64,000 nucleotides of DNA from Octopus vulgaris (GCA_951406725.2 OX597817.1:165788001-165852000); one strand, 5' to 3'. Positions 26,912 to 44,512 are shown, counted from the stretch's first letter. Translations and numbers: made by a program. The notes: generated by a model not told the origin, from the letters alone.

Positions 26912-27131
26912 ATGTGTGTGTGTGTGTATGTGTGTGTGTGTGTGTGTGTGTGTATGTCCTTTACTTGTTTCAGTTATTTGACTGCGGCCATGCTGTAGCA
27001 CCTCCTTTAGTCGAGCAACTCGACCCCAGGACTTATTTAAAACAGTTTTATCCGGCTCTGTGTGACTTGAAATTTCGCAGGTTTCTGTTCGTTCAGATTC
27101 AGAATGGAGAAGCACAGGACATCCTAGACAG

Positions 27132-27167
<36 letters not shown>

Positions 27168-27177
27168 TCTCTCTCTC

Positions 27178-27550
27178 TCTTTACTTGTTTCAATCATTTG
27201 ACTGTGGCCATGCTGGAGCACCGCCTTTAGTCGAGTAAATCGACTCCAGGACTTATTCTTTGTAAGCCTAGTACATATTCTATTGGCTCTCTTTTGCCGA
27301 ACCGCTAAGTGACGGGGACGTAAACACACCAGCATCGGTTGTCAAACACACACACACACATTTATATACATATACATTTATACGACGGACTTCTTTCAGT
27401 TTCCGTCAACCAAGTCCACTCACAAGGCTTTGGTCGCCCCGAGGCTATAGTAGAAAACAGTTTCTCAAGGTGCCACGCAGTGGGACTGAACCCGGAACCA
27501 TGTGGTTATGTGGTTAGTAAGCAAGCTACCTACCACGCACCCACTCCTAT
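27178..27550 (-). mobile_element. SINE family A
   Basis: Matches family A. An extra tail fragment lies at 26958-27040 and older degenerate halves at about 27985-28190 and 28460-28620. Confidence 0.88.
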
Positions 27551-28218
27551 GTATGCATGTATGTATGTATGTATGTATGTATGTATGTATGTATGTATGT
27601 ATGTGTGTGTGTATGTGTGTATTATTATTATATGTATATCGTTTATTTTATTTTGGGAATTGATTATGGCAGGATGTATAAAACTATAAATAATAGAATG
27701 GAAATATTAGCTCGAAAGCCATTTTGCATAGACTGAATCGAATGTTGCCTCAAGGGACTCGGACCCACAGCTGTATACATGACAGATTTTCATGAATATT
27801 CACATGCTATTTACATCGTTTCTAGTGCTTGACTGATACTTATTTTATCGAGCGTCGTAGGATGAAACGCTAAGTCGACCTCCATAGAATCTGAACTCAG
27901 AACAAAAGAAATGCCAATTAGCATTTTTCTCCGGTGCGCTAACGACTTGGCCACTTCGCCGCCACGTGGAAGTTGTCTTTTAACTGCTACTTGCTTCAGT
28001 TATAGGGATGCGGCCATGCTGGAGCATTGTCTTAATTGTTCAAATCGATTAAGATAGTGCCCACATATTTTTAAGTCCTCTACTATCTAAACGTCTCTTG
28101 TGCCGAATCGTTGAGTTACGGAGACATAAACAAACCCATACCGGTTGCCAAGCGGTGGTGAGGGGGCAAAAACAACCAGAGGGACGCACACACCCATATA
28201 TATGCATACATATTACGT

Positions 28219-28249
<31 letters not shown>

Positions 28250-28310
28250 GTATATTATATGGTAAGAGATTGCACACTGCTGTCTATATTAAATTGCACA
28301 CACACATATG

Positions 28311-28358
<48 letters not shown>

Positions 28359-29313
28359 CACCATACATATATATATTACGTATATACACATGTGTGTATA
28401 TGTATATTACACACACACACACATACGTCTGTGTGTGTGTGTGTTTTATGTGTGTAAATACGATGGACTTTCACAGTTCGCGTCTACGAAACTCGCTCGC
28501 AATCGCCTCAGGGCTGTAGCAGAAGAGAATTCCCAAAAGTTTTAGTGCAGCCGGACTGAACCCGAAACCACGTGGTTTCAAAGCGAACATCTGAACCATA
28601 CAGACATGCCTGCGCCTAGAGCTTCTTCGACTTTCGAGCTAGCAGGTGTAATACACCACTTCACGAAACACAGCAATGCTTTACTTTGTAAAAAGTAGGT
28701 AATTGGTTTCAAGAACGTGTCAAGGGAATCAAAAAATAACAGCAACAACATTTTTGGCAAAGATGGGATTTTCTGGTAGGCGATGGGTTCCTTTAAAAAG
28801 ATTTTCAGTCGTACATTTTTCTGCTCACGTGATCTGAGGATCTCCAGTTTTGCATCTGTGTGTGTGTGTTTGAGAGTAAGGGAGGGATGGAGGGAGGGAA
28901 AGAGAGAGAGAGTATGTGTGCGTGTGTGTTTGTGTGAGAGAGAGAGTATGCGTGAGCGGAATTGTGTATTTATGTGTGTGTACGTATACATAAGCAATTA
29001 TATACGCATACATACACACAAATGCGTGCATACACATACACATGATCACGCACATTTATAGAATCTATACATGTTGCATACAGGGAGGTTCCAAATATGG
29101 ACGCTTCGCGCCAGATAAGTGTATATAATACGTATACATGCACACATATATATATACATATACATACACACAGACACACACACATATATATATATGCATA
29201 TATAATACATACACATATGCATATATACATATATATATATACACACGCATATATGCACACCTACATATATATATACACATGCATATATACTCACATACAT
29301 ATATATACACATA

Positions 29314-29352
<39 letters not shown>

Positions 29353-29360
<8 letters not shown>

Positions 29361-29700
29361 AAATCCGTTCTGTCTGTCTCTGTGTGTGTCTTCTAGGATC
29401 TCGGGCATCCTCCATCCCATTGCACTCAAATTTGGTATGTAGATACCGACGGTATCAGGGCGTGTATAAGTTTTGAAAAAATTACAAAAATCGATTCCAG
29501 GTGAGAATGCGATCGATAAAGCCGTGGGAACGTGCATTTGTACGCGCAAGTACATCAGCTGTTGCGATCGATACTACGCGTACGCGAGAAAAATGCAAGG
29601 AATGCGGTTTACAAGGCAGCGCTCCACTAGCTTTTCCATGCCCTTGAACATCCCGTAAAATAAGTTAGCTTAGAATTAGTTACCTAGTTCCCTAGGTTGT
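29353..29700 (+). mobile_element. Possible non-autonomous Helitron-like element
   Basis: Starts 'tatataaaatccgttctgtctgtct...cattgcactcaaatttggtatg', resembling the 5' region of invertebrate non-autonomous Helitrons. CTAG motifs occur near 29626-29695, but the 3' end is not firmly identified. Confidence 0.3.
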
Positions 29701-30066
29701 TGCTTTTCATCAAAAATCGCCCCACGTTGATTTCCTCCATGTTTTATCGGATTAACTTATTATTGTCCCAGGTACGTTCTCATAAATTCATCATGCTCTT
29801 CCATCTAACCTATTTGCATGCATCGTTTTTGTCCTGCTTTTCTTCCGTCAACCTGTACATAACTGCACCTTCCATTTTTTGTTGTTTTTGTACTGCTTAA
29901 AGGCACGTTTCTTTCCTGCCAAGCTTACTGTTTAAACCTTGTTTGTGCTCTCCCAGTCAACAGCCTTATTATTACTGGTACTTTAAACTCTTCATATTTG
30001 TGTGAATAAAATCGTTTTTCTTTGGAATAGAAAAAAATGTCTATCTTTATTTCTTCTTTTGAGACT

Positions 30067-30126
<60 letters not shown>

Positions 30127-30230
30127 AAATAATTGAGATTCAGTTGAAGCACTAAGTCAGTGCAGGATCATCCGTACAACTCAAAGTAACGTGAATGAAA
30201 TCAAAATAAGCAACAGGATATCAAAAGGTG

Positions 30231-30318
30231 ATGCAGTACGACTGTTTCATGCGACTCCATTTAATTGTACAATGCAATCATTACATCAATTTAAATGCAG
30301 GGCTATCCTCAGCTGCAT
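30231..30318 (-). ncRNA. Type I hammerhead ribozyme motif (mirror copy)
   Basis: ATGCAG-CTGAGGA-tagc...gcat-GAAA-CAGTCG-TA-CTGCAT. Confidence 0.65.
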
Positions 30319-30410
30319 AAATAAATAGAATTTTTAATCAGGTGGACACGTTAATATAATTTTACTCAAATTCTCTAATAGAGCAAGAAGTGGAAAAATT
30401 CTATTTATTT

Positions 30411-30498
30411 ATGCAGCTGAGGATAGCCTTGCATTTAAACTGATGTAATGATTGCATTGTTCAATTAAATAGAGCCGCTTGAAACGGTCGTACTGCAT
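30411..30498 (+). ncRNA. Type I hammerhead ribozyme motif with extended stem II
   Basis: ATGCAG-CTGAGGA-tagc...gctt-GAAA-CGGTCG-TA-CTGCAT, perfect 6-bp stem I. Confidence 0.7.
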
Positions 30499-30525
30499 CA
30501 CTTTTTGATATCCTGTTGTTTATTT

Positions 30526-30600
<75 letters not shown>

Positions 30601-31501
30601 AAAGTTAGAGAAAGTGGAGAATGTTAGTCTGAGGAGAGAGAAAAGACAGAGAGAGAGAGATAAGTGGTAATTCTTGTCTCCATCTTTTTGTTTAATCATC
30701 ATTCAGATTTACAGGAAACGGATAGAAATAGAAAATATAGAAAAATAAAACTAAAATAAAATACAATAAAATATAATGGCTAGATCGTACATACAGAATA
30801 GTAACCAAGCCGTTTCTATGGAAATAAACCTTCCTTTTGCGATGAGAGAATGTGAAATAGAGGTGTGTGAAACCGATTAAAATGCAGTTACCACAGACAA
30901 AAGTATGCATAAGTTAAACATGTATTAAATATGGTTGTTTGATCTTGTGTGAATATGAGTGTGTGTGTGTGTGTGTATGTGTGTGTGTGTTTGAGTCACC
31001 ACCATTACAACCGCCAAAGTAATAGTTTTCTCGTTCATATTAATTACATCTGTTTAATTGAACCCGCTAATTATTATCCACTATTACACCTATCAGTATA
31101 ATATTTACTCTTTTTTATCTTATCATTTATATATTACTACATATGTTTATACAAACATACATACATACGTACATACATACATATATACATACATACATAC
31201 ATACATACATACGTACGTACGTACAGACTTACAGACAGACAGACAGACATATAAAATACTGACTTAAAATAAATAAAATTTCATAGTGATCTGAGTCCCA
31301 AGGGTACAGTTTCCATTCTAAGAGGGAAGCATTTCTCTGTAATCGTATGTCCTTTTCAAAATGTAATTGCATAGGATTACCACCCCAAGTCTGTGATAAA
31401 ATGTAACTTTTCCAAATTTTAAATTCTTTGTTGTATTTGTGTATCATACTTTATTTGGATACATTCGATCACCTTTGCATTTATTCACACCCACACACTA
31501 G

Positions 31502-31534
<33 letters not shown>

Positions 31535-31644
31535 CTAATGGAGGATAAAATTTTTTTCGAAAAAAAATTTTATCAATGGCCAGCATATTAAAAAAATACC
31601 TTTAAAGGTTAAATTTATAAACAATTCATAAATAAGGGCAAACA

Positions 31645-31742
31645 AAAAATTTCTAATGCCAAATATGCCGAAAAATTGGAATATATTGTCCATTAACCAT
31701 ATAATGTCCAATTTTTCGGCATATTTGGCATTAGAAATTTTT
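31645..31742. repeat. Inverted repeat (36-bp arms) at the end of a microsatellite-flanked insert
   Basis: aaaaatttctaatgccaaatatgccgaaaaattgga / tccaatttttcggcatatttggcattagaaattttt. Confidence 0.9.
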
Positions 31743-31751
31743 ATGTGTGTG

Positions 31752-31825
<74 letters not shown>

Positions 31826-31833
31826 CATGCACA

Positions 31834-32047
31834 CAGGAGGGCATGCTGAAAAGTTCCTGGCTTTAAGGGTATCACGAAAGACCTGGTTAGTGGCCCAACC
31901 TTCTGAGTTCTGTTACAAGTCTTATAAAAATTGAAGGACCGCTGCATTGTGTGAATCCGAGAGAGGGATATGTTTAATAAATCAGGATTAACTGATCTTA
32001 CTGTATTTTTATTTCCTCAAAATCGGGAACTTTTCAACACCTTGTTG
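31834..32047 (+). mobile_element. Mariner-derived MITE (internal deletion derivative)
   Basis: Imperfect TIRs 'gagggcatgctgaaaagttcctggcttt' / 'aaaatcgggaacttttcaacaccttg'. The internal remnant translates KLKDRC..CVNPREGYV*, resembling a mariner transposase C-terminus. Confidence 0.7.
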
Positions 32048-32063
32048 TGTATGTATGTATGTC

Positions 32064-32148
<85 letters not shown>

Positions 32149-32171
32149 GTAGATAGGTAGATAGGTAGATT

Positions 32172-32238
<67 letters not shown>

Positions 32239-32344
32239 GAATGTTCATATACATACAAATGTATGTCTACGTGTTTGCTTGTCGGTGTGTGTGTATAGAC
32301 ATTATCTTCGCGCCATTATCTGGGACTATATGTATTAAATTAAA

Positions 32345-32398
32345 AAAGAGTGTTTACCTGTCTAAGATCCTCGGATCTTAGACAGGTAAACACTCTTT
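32345..32398. repeat. Perfect 26-bp-arm hairpin with 2-nt loop
   Basis: aaagagtgtttacctgtctaagatcc-tc-ggatcttagacaggtaaacactcttt. Confidence 0.95.
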
Positions 32399-33022
32399 CT
32401 ATGAGCCAACAGGTGAAGCTTCTGCGCAATAACAACCATATCTTCCTCAAATCATACCTCTGTCTTAAAGAAGGCCTAGAGGTGCAATTCTTTAGAAGTA
32501 TTAGGTGATGAAATCTTAATCTGTCTATCTGTTTTATCTATCATTCAACTTCCCCCTCTCACTCTTCCTTACTATCTGCTTACCAAGCTATCTACCTATC
32601 TACTTACCAAGCGACATACCTATCTACCATCCAAATATTTTCACGTATATAATTCTCATACACATTCCCATTCAGCTTTTTCTCTTCACAGTTTATTGTT
32701 TGTCGTTTTTCATATATCGGCAGTATTTATCCCCATTTACCTCAATCTTTTTTCTTTCTTTCTTTTTTTTTTTTTTTTTTTTCTTTTCTTTTTTTTTTTT
32801 TACTGTAGCTTGTTTTCTGCTTCATTGACAACTCTCAATCAAATGTTTTGAAATCCCATTAAAATTTAGTGGAAGGACTTGTTCTATGTTCGCATACAAT
32901 TACCATATTGATTTGGGGCTGTTGATGTGTGTTTGTGCATATATGTTTATACACGCACAGACACACACACACACATACATACATATATATATGTATGTGT
33001 GTATGTATGTATATATATATAC

Positions 33023-33191
<169 letters not shown>

Positions 33192-33699
33192 TGACATGTA
33201 TATATACATGCATGTATGTACACAGATTAAAAGAGAAAATGATAAATGACAATATGCAAATATTCGTGACAGTTGACTGCATCCACCATTACCATAACTG
33301 CTTTAACAACACCATCATCATTTCCATAGTTTCACAACCACTCTCATACATTGCAAACACAAGGTAAATCTGTCTTCAACATCCTACTCTATCAATGTTT
33401 AATAATAACAATCGGAAATGTCCTAACTACAGCTAAAACCCATCAGTAAAAGCACCTTTTGCACCAGTGAATGACGGCCATCATTAGCGTCAACAATGGG
33501 AGACAACCACCACTCCATAATTTACTTGCACCAATAACACTATAACTCCAACAAGATTCTAGTTCATAGATCTGTTAGAAATAACTACCAAATCTCCCTC
33601 AAATTTTGTATTAGATTCCACTATGTAATGAAAAAATATACGAGATGGTATAAGCAGGAATGCCATTGGTCATGGGTTTGTTTAATCAAGTCTGGAATG

Positions 33700-34310
33700 C
33701 TTTTACATTCTGAGTTCAAATTCTGCTGAGGTCGACTTTGCCTTTCATCATTTCAGGGTTGATAAAATAAGTACCAGCTGAGCACTGGGGTCAATGTAAT
33801 CAACTAGCCCTCTCCTCCTAAATTTCAGGCTTTGTGCCTATAGTAGAAAGGACTATTACTCAACGATGAGGTGGTGAGCAGGCAGAATCTCTAAAATGTT
33901 AGACAAAAGGCTCAACGGCGTTGCTTTCGGTTTTGCGCCCTGATTCCCAAATTCTGCTGAGGTCGACTTTCCTTTCATCCTCTCGGGATCGATGAAATAA
34001 GTGACACTCGAGCCCTCAAATTCCAGACCTTATGCCTATCTTACTAAACAATAATTATTATCAAAAATTCCAGTAGATCTAACTCAATTCCCTTGTGCCA
34101 ACATGGCAATCATGTCACCGAGCTGGCAGAACCATTAGCACGTCTGACAAAATATTGCAGTGGCATTTCTTCCAGCTCTAAATTTTGAGTTCAAATCTCA
34201 GGGTCAGCTTTTCCTTTCATCCTTTCAGTGTCCATAAAATGAAGTACCAGTCAAGTACGAGGACTGACGTAATTCGTCTGCTCCCTGCCCACAGCATTTT
34301 TGGCCTTGAA
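33700..34310 (+). mobile_element. Cluster of three same-orientation SINE family B copies
   Basis: Copies at about 33700-33855, 33868-34040 and 34118-34310. Confidence 0.75.
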
Positions 34311-35089
34311 CCAGGCAACAAACCGGTGACTTGTTGAAAGAATATTGTGACCTGGTCGCTTATATGCCGAGTAACCGTTTTTGCGAATTACAGGGCTCAA
34401 GATGAAAAAAAAAACAAACAAAACAATCATTAGAATTTCATCATTTAGTTAGCATTACTATCGTTGGTTTCACAAAATATGTACAAAATTTGCCATGGTT
34501 TTGATGACGATGACATTTATATTGTTTTGATTATAGCATTGTTTCACATATAATTATCGTAAAGTTGTTGTTTAACCCATGTCAGCCATGACTGAACATT
34601 GAACTGACCTACTGATCAAAGGTGTTCTAGTCCTGTCCATCAGTATCTTGGACAACGGCATAAGTGAAATGTGTGATGAATATGTGAATGGGTGAAATAG
34701 CTGAAACAATAAAATGCATGCAACGTAAAGGTGTTATTGCTAAGATCCTTACAAAAAATAGACTAGAAACTTTCTCAAGTTTACCCAATGTGTTCTTTGT
34801 TTTTAGGCTTATAGGGGCTGATCCGATCAACGGAACAGCCTGCTCGTGAAATTGGACTGGGCACTCCAATAACACGTGTACCCTTAACGTAGTTCTCGGG
34901 GATATTCAGCGTGACACAGTGTGTGACAAGGTTGGCCCTTTGAATTACAGGCACAATAGAAACGGGAAAAGTGAGAGAAAGTTGTGATGAAAGAGTACAG
35001 CAGGGTTCATCACCATCCACTGCGGGCGCCTCGTGGAGCTTTAGGTGTTTTCGCTCAATAAACACTCACAACGCCCGGTCTAGGAATCG

Positions 35090-36811
<1,722 letters not shown>

Positions 36812-36825
36812 TATACATACACACG

Positions 36826-36861
<36 letters not shown>

Positions 36862-37788
36862 CATAGACATATATACATACATTTACATATATATATATAT
36901 AGCATACATATATAGATATAGACACAAAATACATGTATGCAATTATATAGACATAAATGCATATATACATACGCACACACACATAAATATATACACATAT
37001 GAAAGCAGTTACGTATATTCATTCATATATATATATATATACATGCATATATCTACGTCTGTGTATGTATATATGAATACAAATAATCTCACGCACACAT
37101 TGATGCATGCGTGTGTGTATATGTGTGTGTATAAGTATATACATATATATTTATTTGACACAGACACACACGCATATATAATATATAAACATATGTGCGA
37201 AGATTTCAAGTTAATTCATAACAACCAATTATATTATTCTCATGATAGAAATTCCTATGATGATATAGATCAGAGGTTACACGTGTGGGCTATGTTGAAT
37301 ACTTGGGTATATCTCCTTACAAACTTATAAAAATATGATACATGTTCTAACCCGCAAACAGACAGGAACCCTATATGTATAAAACAACAAAGTCTTGAGG
37401 AACTCCAAAAAATTCCAGAGATTCTATCAAAGGATAACTGCTCTGTATATTTTATGATGCGTGATGGATATTTTATAAGTAGACGCCGGTTATGTATGCT
37501 GTATGTGTGAGGTGACTGGTAAGGCCCATGTGTGTGTGTGTATATGATTGCGCGAGAGCAGGTGTATGCATGTGCTCGTGTGTGTGTGTGTGTGTATACA
37601 AGCAGTACAAGTAGTTTTTAGATAATATAGTTCGATGCAAATACATTTACACTAACACACGCGTGTGCATACGTAAATAAAACTTACATATATAAATGTG
37701 TATGTATGTATATTTATCTGTCTATCCATCTATCTGTGTGTGCGTGCGTATGTATTGTGTATACATGTATAAATATATAGACGTTTCT

Positions 37789-37887
<99 letters not shown>

Positions 37888-37994
37888 CACACGTTTATAT
37901 ATACATACATGCAAATATATATATATGCATTATGTATTGTATATACAAACATGTAGATACATACTTGCATAACCATGCGTAAACACATATTATA

Positions 37995-38192
37995 TCATCT
38001 TTTCTACTTTGGTACCAGGACCGAAATTTTGGGGGGAGGAGATCGACCCCAGTACGCAACTGTTACCTAATTAATCAACCCGGAAAAGATGAAAGGCAAA
38101 GTCAACCTCGGCGGAATTTGAACTCAGAACGTAAAGACAGACCGAACACTGCTAAGCCTGGTATGCTAACGTTTCTGCCGGCTATCCGCCTT
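37995..38192 (-). mobile_element. SINE family B
   Basis: Matches family B. Confidence 0.8.
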
Positions 38193-39923
38193 ATATATAT
38201 TATATAATGAAAACGCGTACACGTACAGAATTACATATCTATATTCATATTGTGTGTGTGTGTGTGTTTAAATGTCTGTATGTGTGTTTCTGATAGTTTG
38301 TAAATAAGAAATAACACAATGCATAAATGTAATGTAACGTTCACTAAATTTATCCAAAATTTGAATTTACTGGAAAACTAGCCCTTAGCAAAATATTTTA
38401 AAAATTCGCCACAAGGTATTTTAGACGTTGTAAAAATTATCTAGAACCTCGTATTATTTGCACACACATACAAACAAACACCCCTAAATGGAGGCATGTG
38501 TGTATATTTACATGAAAGAATGAATGAATGAAGATATAATTGAATAATAAGTAGGGAACGGGTATATAAAAACTGAAATCTCATGCTATTATTTCAAGTT
38601 CTTTTTGAATACCCAAACTTCAAGCGCTTGCTGACTATGTATGTTACACACTTTTTGAACGTCAAAATAAACCACAAAAGAACTAAACATCTCTAAATGC
38701 ATTGCTCCAGCATAGCCGTGATTCAATGTCTGAAACAAGGAAAAAGAAGAAAAAGACTATCTACATACATATCTGTAAGGAAATATACTACGGTATACAT
38801 ACATACATACATACATACATACATACATACGTACATACATACATATATATATACATACATACATACATACATACATACATACGTACATACTTACGTACGT
38901 AGTACATACATACATACATACATACATTCATACGTACATACATACATACATGCATACATACATACATACATACATACATACATACATACATACATTCATA
39001 CGTACATACATACATACATACATACATATATGCATACGTACATACGTACATACATACATACATACATACATACATACATGCATACATGCATACATACATA
39101 CATACATACATACATACATACATGCATATATACATACATACATACATACATACATACACACACACAAACACATACATACATACATACATACATACATACA
39201 TACATGCATACATATCTATTATCCTTTTGTTCAACAGTATCTATCCATATATTTTTATGTGTATGTACGCACGCGTGTATGTGTTTGTGTGTAATTATGT
39301 ATGAGTGTGTGTATATCAGAGTCTGCACGTGTGTGTATATATAAATATATATATGTCTTACAGAGGCCGGGTGTATAGTCTTCGCGTTTTACTTGCAATA
39401 CATTTTCTAGCGAGAGAGTTCATTAAATCCCTCGAGATCTCCGTATTTTTTCTTTAAAGCTTATAAGCTATTCAACATATTCACATACAAAAACACACAC
39501 ACTCTGTCGCGCAAAACTGGCATATATGATGCGTATACATACGTATGTATATATATTTTTGTGAGTATGTACATATATATATACATATGCGGGAAGACGA
39601 ACTTTTATATACATAAATATATATACGCTTGCACATATGTATATATATACCTATACATATATACAAATATACATGCACACAAATCATATATATATATATA
39701 TACAAATATGCATACATATATATATACATATATACATACAAATATGCATACATATATATTCCGTATATGTATGTGTACATACTCACAAAAATACATTTAC
39801 ATACATATGTACACGCATGATATATACATGCATACACACCACATACATATGTGCGTATATTTACAATATGCGGCTATGAAATATATGCGTGTGTATGTAT
39901 ATATCTATATGTATATACATGTA

Positions 39924-39974
<51 letters not shown>

Positions 39975-40214
39975 GTATATATATACATGTCTATCTATCT
40001 ATCTATCTATATATATATATATATATATATATAGATGCATATGTGTGTATGTATATATATACACATGCATACACACATGCATATACACATGCATATATAC
40101 ACACATATATACATGTATATACATATAAATATATACATACACACGCATATAATTCATAGCCGCATATTGTAAATATACGCACATATGTGTGGTGTGTGTA
40201 TATATATGTATATA

Positions 40215-40270
<56 letters not shown>

Positions 40271-40822
40271 TGTATATATGTGTGTATGTATGTAAGTGTT
40301 TGTGTGTGTCCGTGGGTGCGTGTGTATACATATATAAACACATATATGTACGTGTGTATGTATGTCACATTTCTTATACATGATATATACATACACACTT
40401 ATACGCACGCGCAAAACATAGTCGAAAACACACACACTCATACACACGCACACACTTTATAAAAACGTCTATCTCTACGTTACTAAATGTCACTACGGTA
40501 CTATCAAAAATAGTTTTTAACCAAAGAAAAAAGGACCAGCTAGCACGAAATTTGCGAATGCAGTCTGGAAGCGAAACAGTAAAATACTTACTTGAAAAGC
40601 TATTTATTTATTTATTTATTTATTTTACGCAATTTCAACGCATAACTCTTCTTCAATGGGTGTTAATAGGAAAATTGCGATGGGGCTTTGTTTCCTATAA
40701 GAAGACTGACCCTTCATTATTTCTAGAAAAAACACATACTGACAAAACTCTAAGCTAACATAGAATGGCAAGCACACACAGACACATGCACACACAGAGA
40801 CAGACACATACACACTTGTGTG

Positions 40823-40865
<43 letters not shown>

Positions 40866-41251
40866 TTACGAACGATACATGATACTTCATATATATGATA
40901 TATATATATATACATATTAGTATTTTAAATGGCGGTGCCCCAGCCTGGCCACAGCTCAAGAGCTGAAACTGGAAAACATAAACATAATATATGATATATA
41001 TATATACATATATATATACATATATATACATATATATATACATATATACATATACATATGTATACATATATATACATAAATATACATATACATATGTATA
41101 CATATATATACATAAATATACATATACATATATATACATAAATATACATATACATATATATACATAAATATACATATACATATATATACATAAATATACA
41201 TATACATATATATACATAAATATACATATACATATATATACATAAATATAC

Positions 41252-41302
<51 letters not shown>

Positions 41303-41369
41303 CATGTTTGTATGTTTGTATCAGGCACAAACACGTTTACACATTAATACACACGGCTGTGTGTGTATG

Positions 41370-41401
<32 letters not shown>

Positions 41402-41644
41402 AGCCTATGCACACACACACACATACACAGGGAGCAAAAGAAAGGGTGTGAGAGAGCGTGTGCCTGGGGACTTTAAAACACTTTTCGGATAGATTAATTC
41501 TTGCGGGGGACATTTCTTACACTTGACTAAACATTATGGCACGCGACGTCCCAACTAGGGAGCTTTTACATGGTGGCTAAACCTGTTACAAACACGAACA
41601 GATCTTCAAATCTCACACCATCTTAAAAAATGTCTGTGTTGAAT

Positions 41645-41708
<64 letters not shown>

Positions 41709-41885
41709 AGCACTTGAGTAGCCTCAAAGTAAACCTGGTCATGAAAGCAAAGGATCAAAGAGGATCTGTTGTAGCTGAGGCCAATTCTCGATGTGTATGC
41801 ATTTATATTTGTTTCTCTATAGATACATGTATGTGTGTCTGTATATACATTCATACATACATACATACATACATACATACATACA

Positions 41886-41932
<47 letters not shown>

Positions 41933-42027
41933 GAACACGCAGCTGAATGTAAATACTTCAATTTTTCTTTGTTTTTGTTGGGCTGTGTTGGTCAGTTGTC
42001 CAAGTTTCTATATTGATTCCATCCAAC

Positions 42028-42135
<108 letters not shown>

Positions 42136-42210
42136 ATCCATGTATGCATGTATAGACACACAGATACATGTATCTATCTATCTATCTATTTATATATATA
42201 TCTATATATA

Positions 42211-42241
<31 letters not shown>

Positions 42242-42385
42242 GTATATATAATGCCTATAATGTCTATATATAGATGTACATATATGATTGCATACACACA
42301 CACATACTTATGTATATTTGTATGTTTATGGATGTATGTTTTTCTCTCTTTCTCTGCATATATATACAAACACATACACACACGT

Positions 42386-42418
<33 letters not shown>

Positions 42419-42737
42419 TATATATGTATGTATATGTGTAATATATATATATATGTACATATATTTACATACATGCGTGTGTACATGTAAACACAGACAA
42501 ATATAGGCTTGGAAAGTGTAAATGAGCGAAACTCTGAGCTTTTGAGTCAATTTGTTACTTGTGTTGATTAAATGATGCATACACAGGCACGCGCGCGTGC
42601 ACGCACATACACACATACGAACACACATAAACACACACACACCCACCCACACACATATACACACACACATATTATCAAACAAACAAACAAGTGGATGACA
42701 ATGGGGTGAAATTAGGAATGAAGGGGGTCTGGGTACA

Positions 42738-42781
42738 TTTTTTACTTTTCGGAGTGGGTTGTGTCCATCTTCAGAGAAAAA
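42738..42781 (-). ncRNA. Degenerate minimal hammerhead motif
   Basis: TTTTTCT-CTGAAGA-t-GGA-cacaacccac-TCC-GAAA-AG-TA-AAAAA. Confidence 0.5.
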
Positions 42782-42903
42782 GTGAAAACAAGAAAGCAAA
42801 AACAAAGGAAATAGCAACGACAAAGCGTAAATGTGTGTGTGTGTGTGTGTGAGCGTGTGTGTGTGTGTGTGTGCGCGCGCGCGCACGTTAGTGTATACAT
42901 GTT

Positions 42904-42954
<51 letters not shown>

Positions 42955-43355
42955 GTGTTTGTTTGTGTGTGTATTTCTACGTGTGTGTGTGAGTGTGTGT
43001 GTGCGCACACGTTAGTGTATACATGTTTGTGTGTGTGTATTTGTGTGTATGTGTGTGTGTGTGTTTGTGTGTGTATTTGTGTGTGGTAATATACAACAGT
43101 TTTTCATCAGATATGTGTCAGTACAGATAAGAGGATGTGAGCAACCCCGTCACAAAAATGCGATAAATTTCGCAAGAGACCCTATGTTAAATTTAGCTAA
43201 GCTTACAAAGAATAAGTCCTGGGGTACCCCAGCATGGCCGCAATCAAATGACTGAAACATATGATAGAAAAAAAAAGTATCAAATTTAATAAGCGCCGTA
43301 GAATGACATTCGCATGAGTACAAGTCTGATATCATTTTGAATCACGGCAGACCAG

Positions 43356-43416
<61 letters not shown>

Positions 43417-43796
43417 AGCAGGATCTTGGCATATTTATACATATGTGTGTTTGTGTGAATTTATGTGACTCTGCGTCTATGTCCATGTATATGCGTCCCA
43501 GTTTATATATTTGGACCAAAGCCGCCATTTTAAAAACCCGTTTTGTTTCATAACTTTCGCTTAACTACTCATTAATTTATTAACTAGTACAATAATTACC
43601 AAGCTGAAATGATCGAATAAAAGTACCCGAAAGAAGTACCCCAGCATGACAATTTTCCCGGCACAGAAACCAGTAATAGAAGGACTGTGTGTGTTAGCAT
43701 AATGTATGTGTATATACATACGTAGATACACACGCACTCACACACATATATGAATGGAAACATAAGTCTATGCTATGGATATATGTATGCGTATGC

Positions 43797-43846
<50 letters not shown>

Positions 43847-44461
43847 GCACGCACACATATGTATCTGTGCTTGTATAAGTGTATGTGCATATACATATAT
43901 GAATGGAAACCTACGTCTGTACGATGAATATCAGTCGTTGTAACAGTATCAGTGATTTTATCAGACAAGCCAAGATATGATGAAACTGAAGACGACGAAA
44001 CAACACCAACAACTGCATTACATACATACAAGCAGAGAGACAAAGAACGAAAGAGAGATAGAAAGAGTGAGAGAGAGAGAGAAGGAGGGAGCAAGGGGAA
44101 GAATGGGTGAGAGACTGAGCGTGCGTGAGTGTGTGCAGAGTATCTCTCTTTAAATGTATACATATAGTAATGGAGCATAGATACACACATCTCGGCAAAC
44201 ACCTTGGGAACAAATATTAATGATGCACACATGCATGGCAATAGCTTAACTGATAACTGTTCTGTATACTTTTAACATTTTTCGTATAACATTTCAGCCG
44301 ATTGCGTTTGGCCTTCGATAATACTGGCGCGAAGCGAATGTCTATGAATGTGTATGAAACGTTACCTTTACATGCATGTTTGTCTAACTGCATGTATGCA
44401 TGCGTGCATGTATGTACAATGCTCACACACATACACACACATATATATATAATATATACAC

Positions 44462-44512
<51 letters not shown>

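Larger units (their letters stand above)
30200..30529. repeat. Inverted repeat (about 135-bp arms, about 58-nt spacer) with a hammerhead motif in each arm, inside a (TA)n-flanked insert (30123-30530)
   Basis: 30200-30335 vs 30394-30529 are reverse complements with scattered mismatches. Confidence 0.95.
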
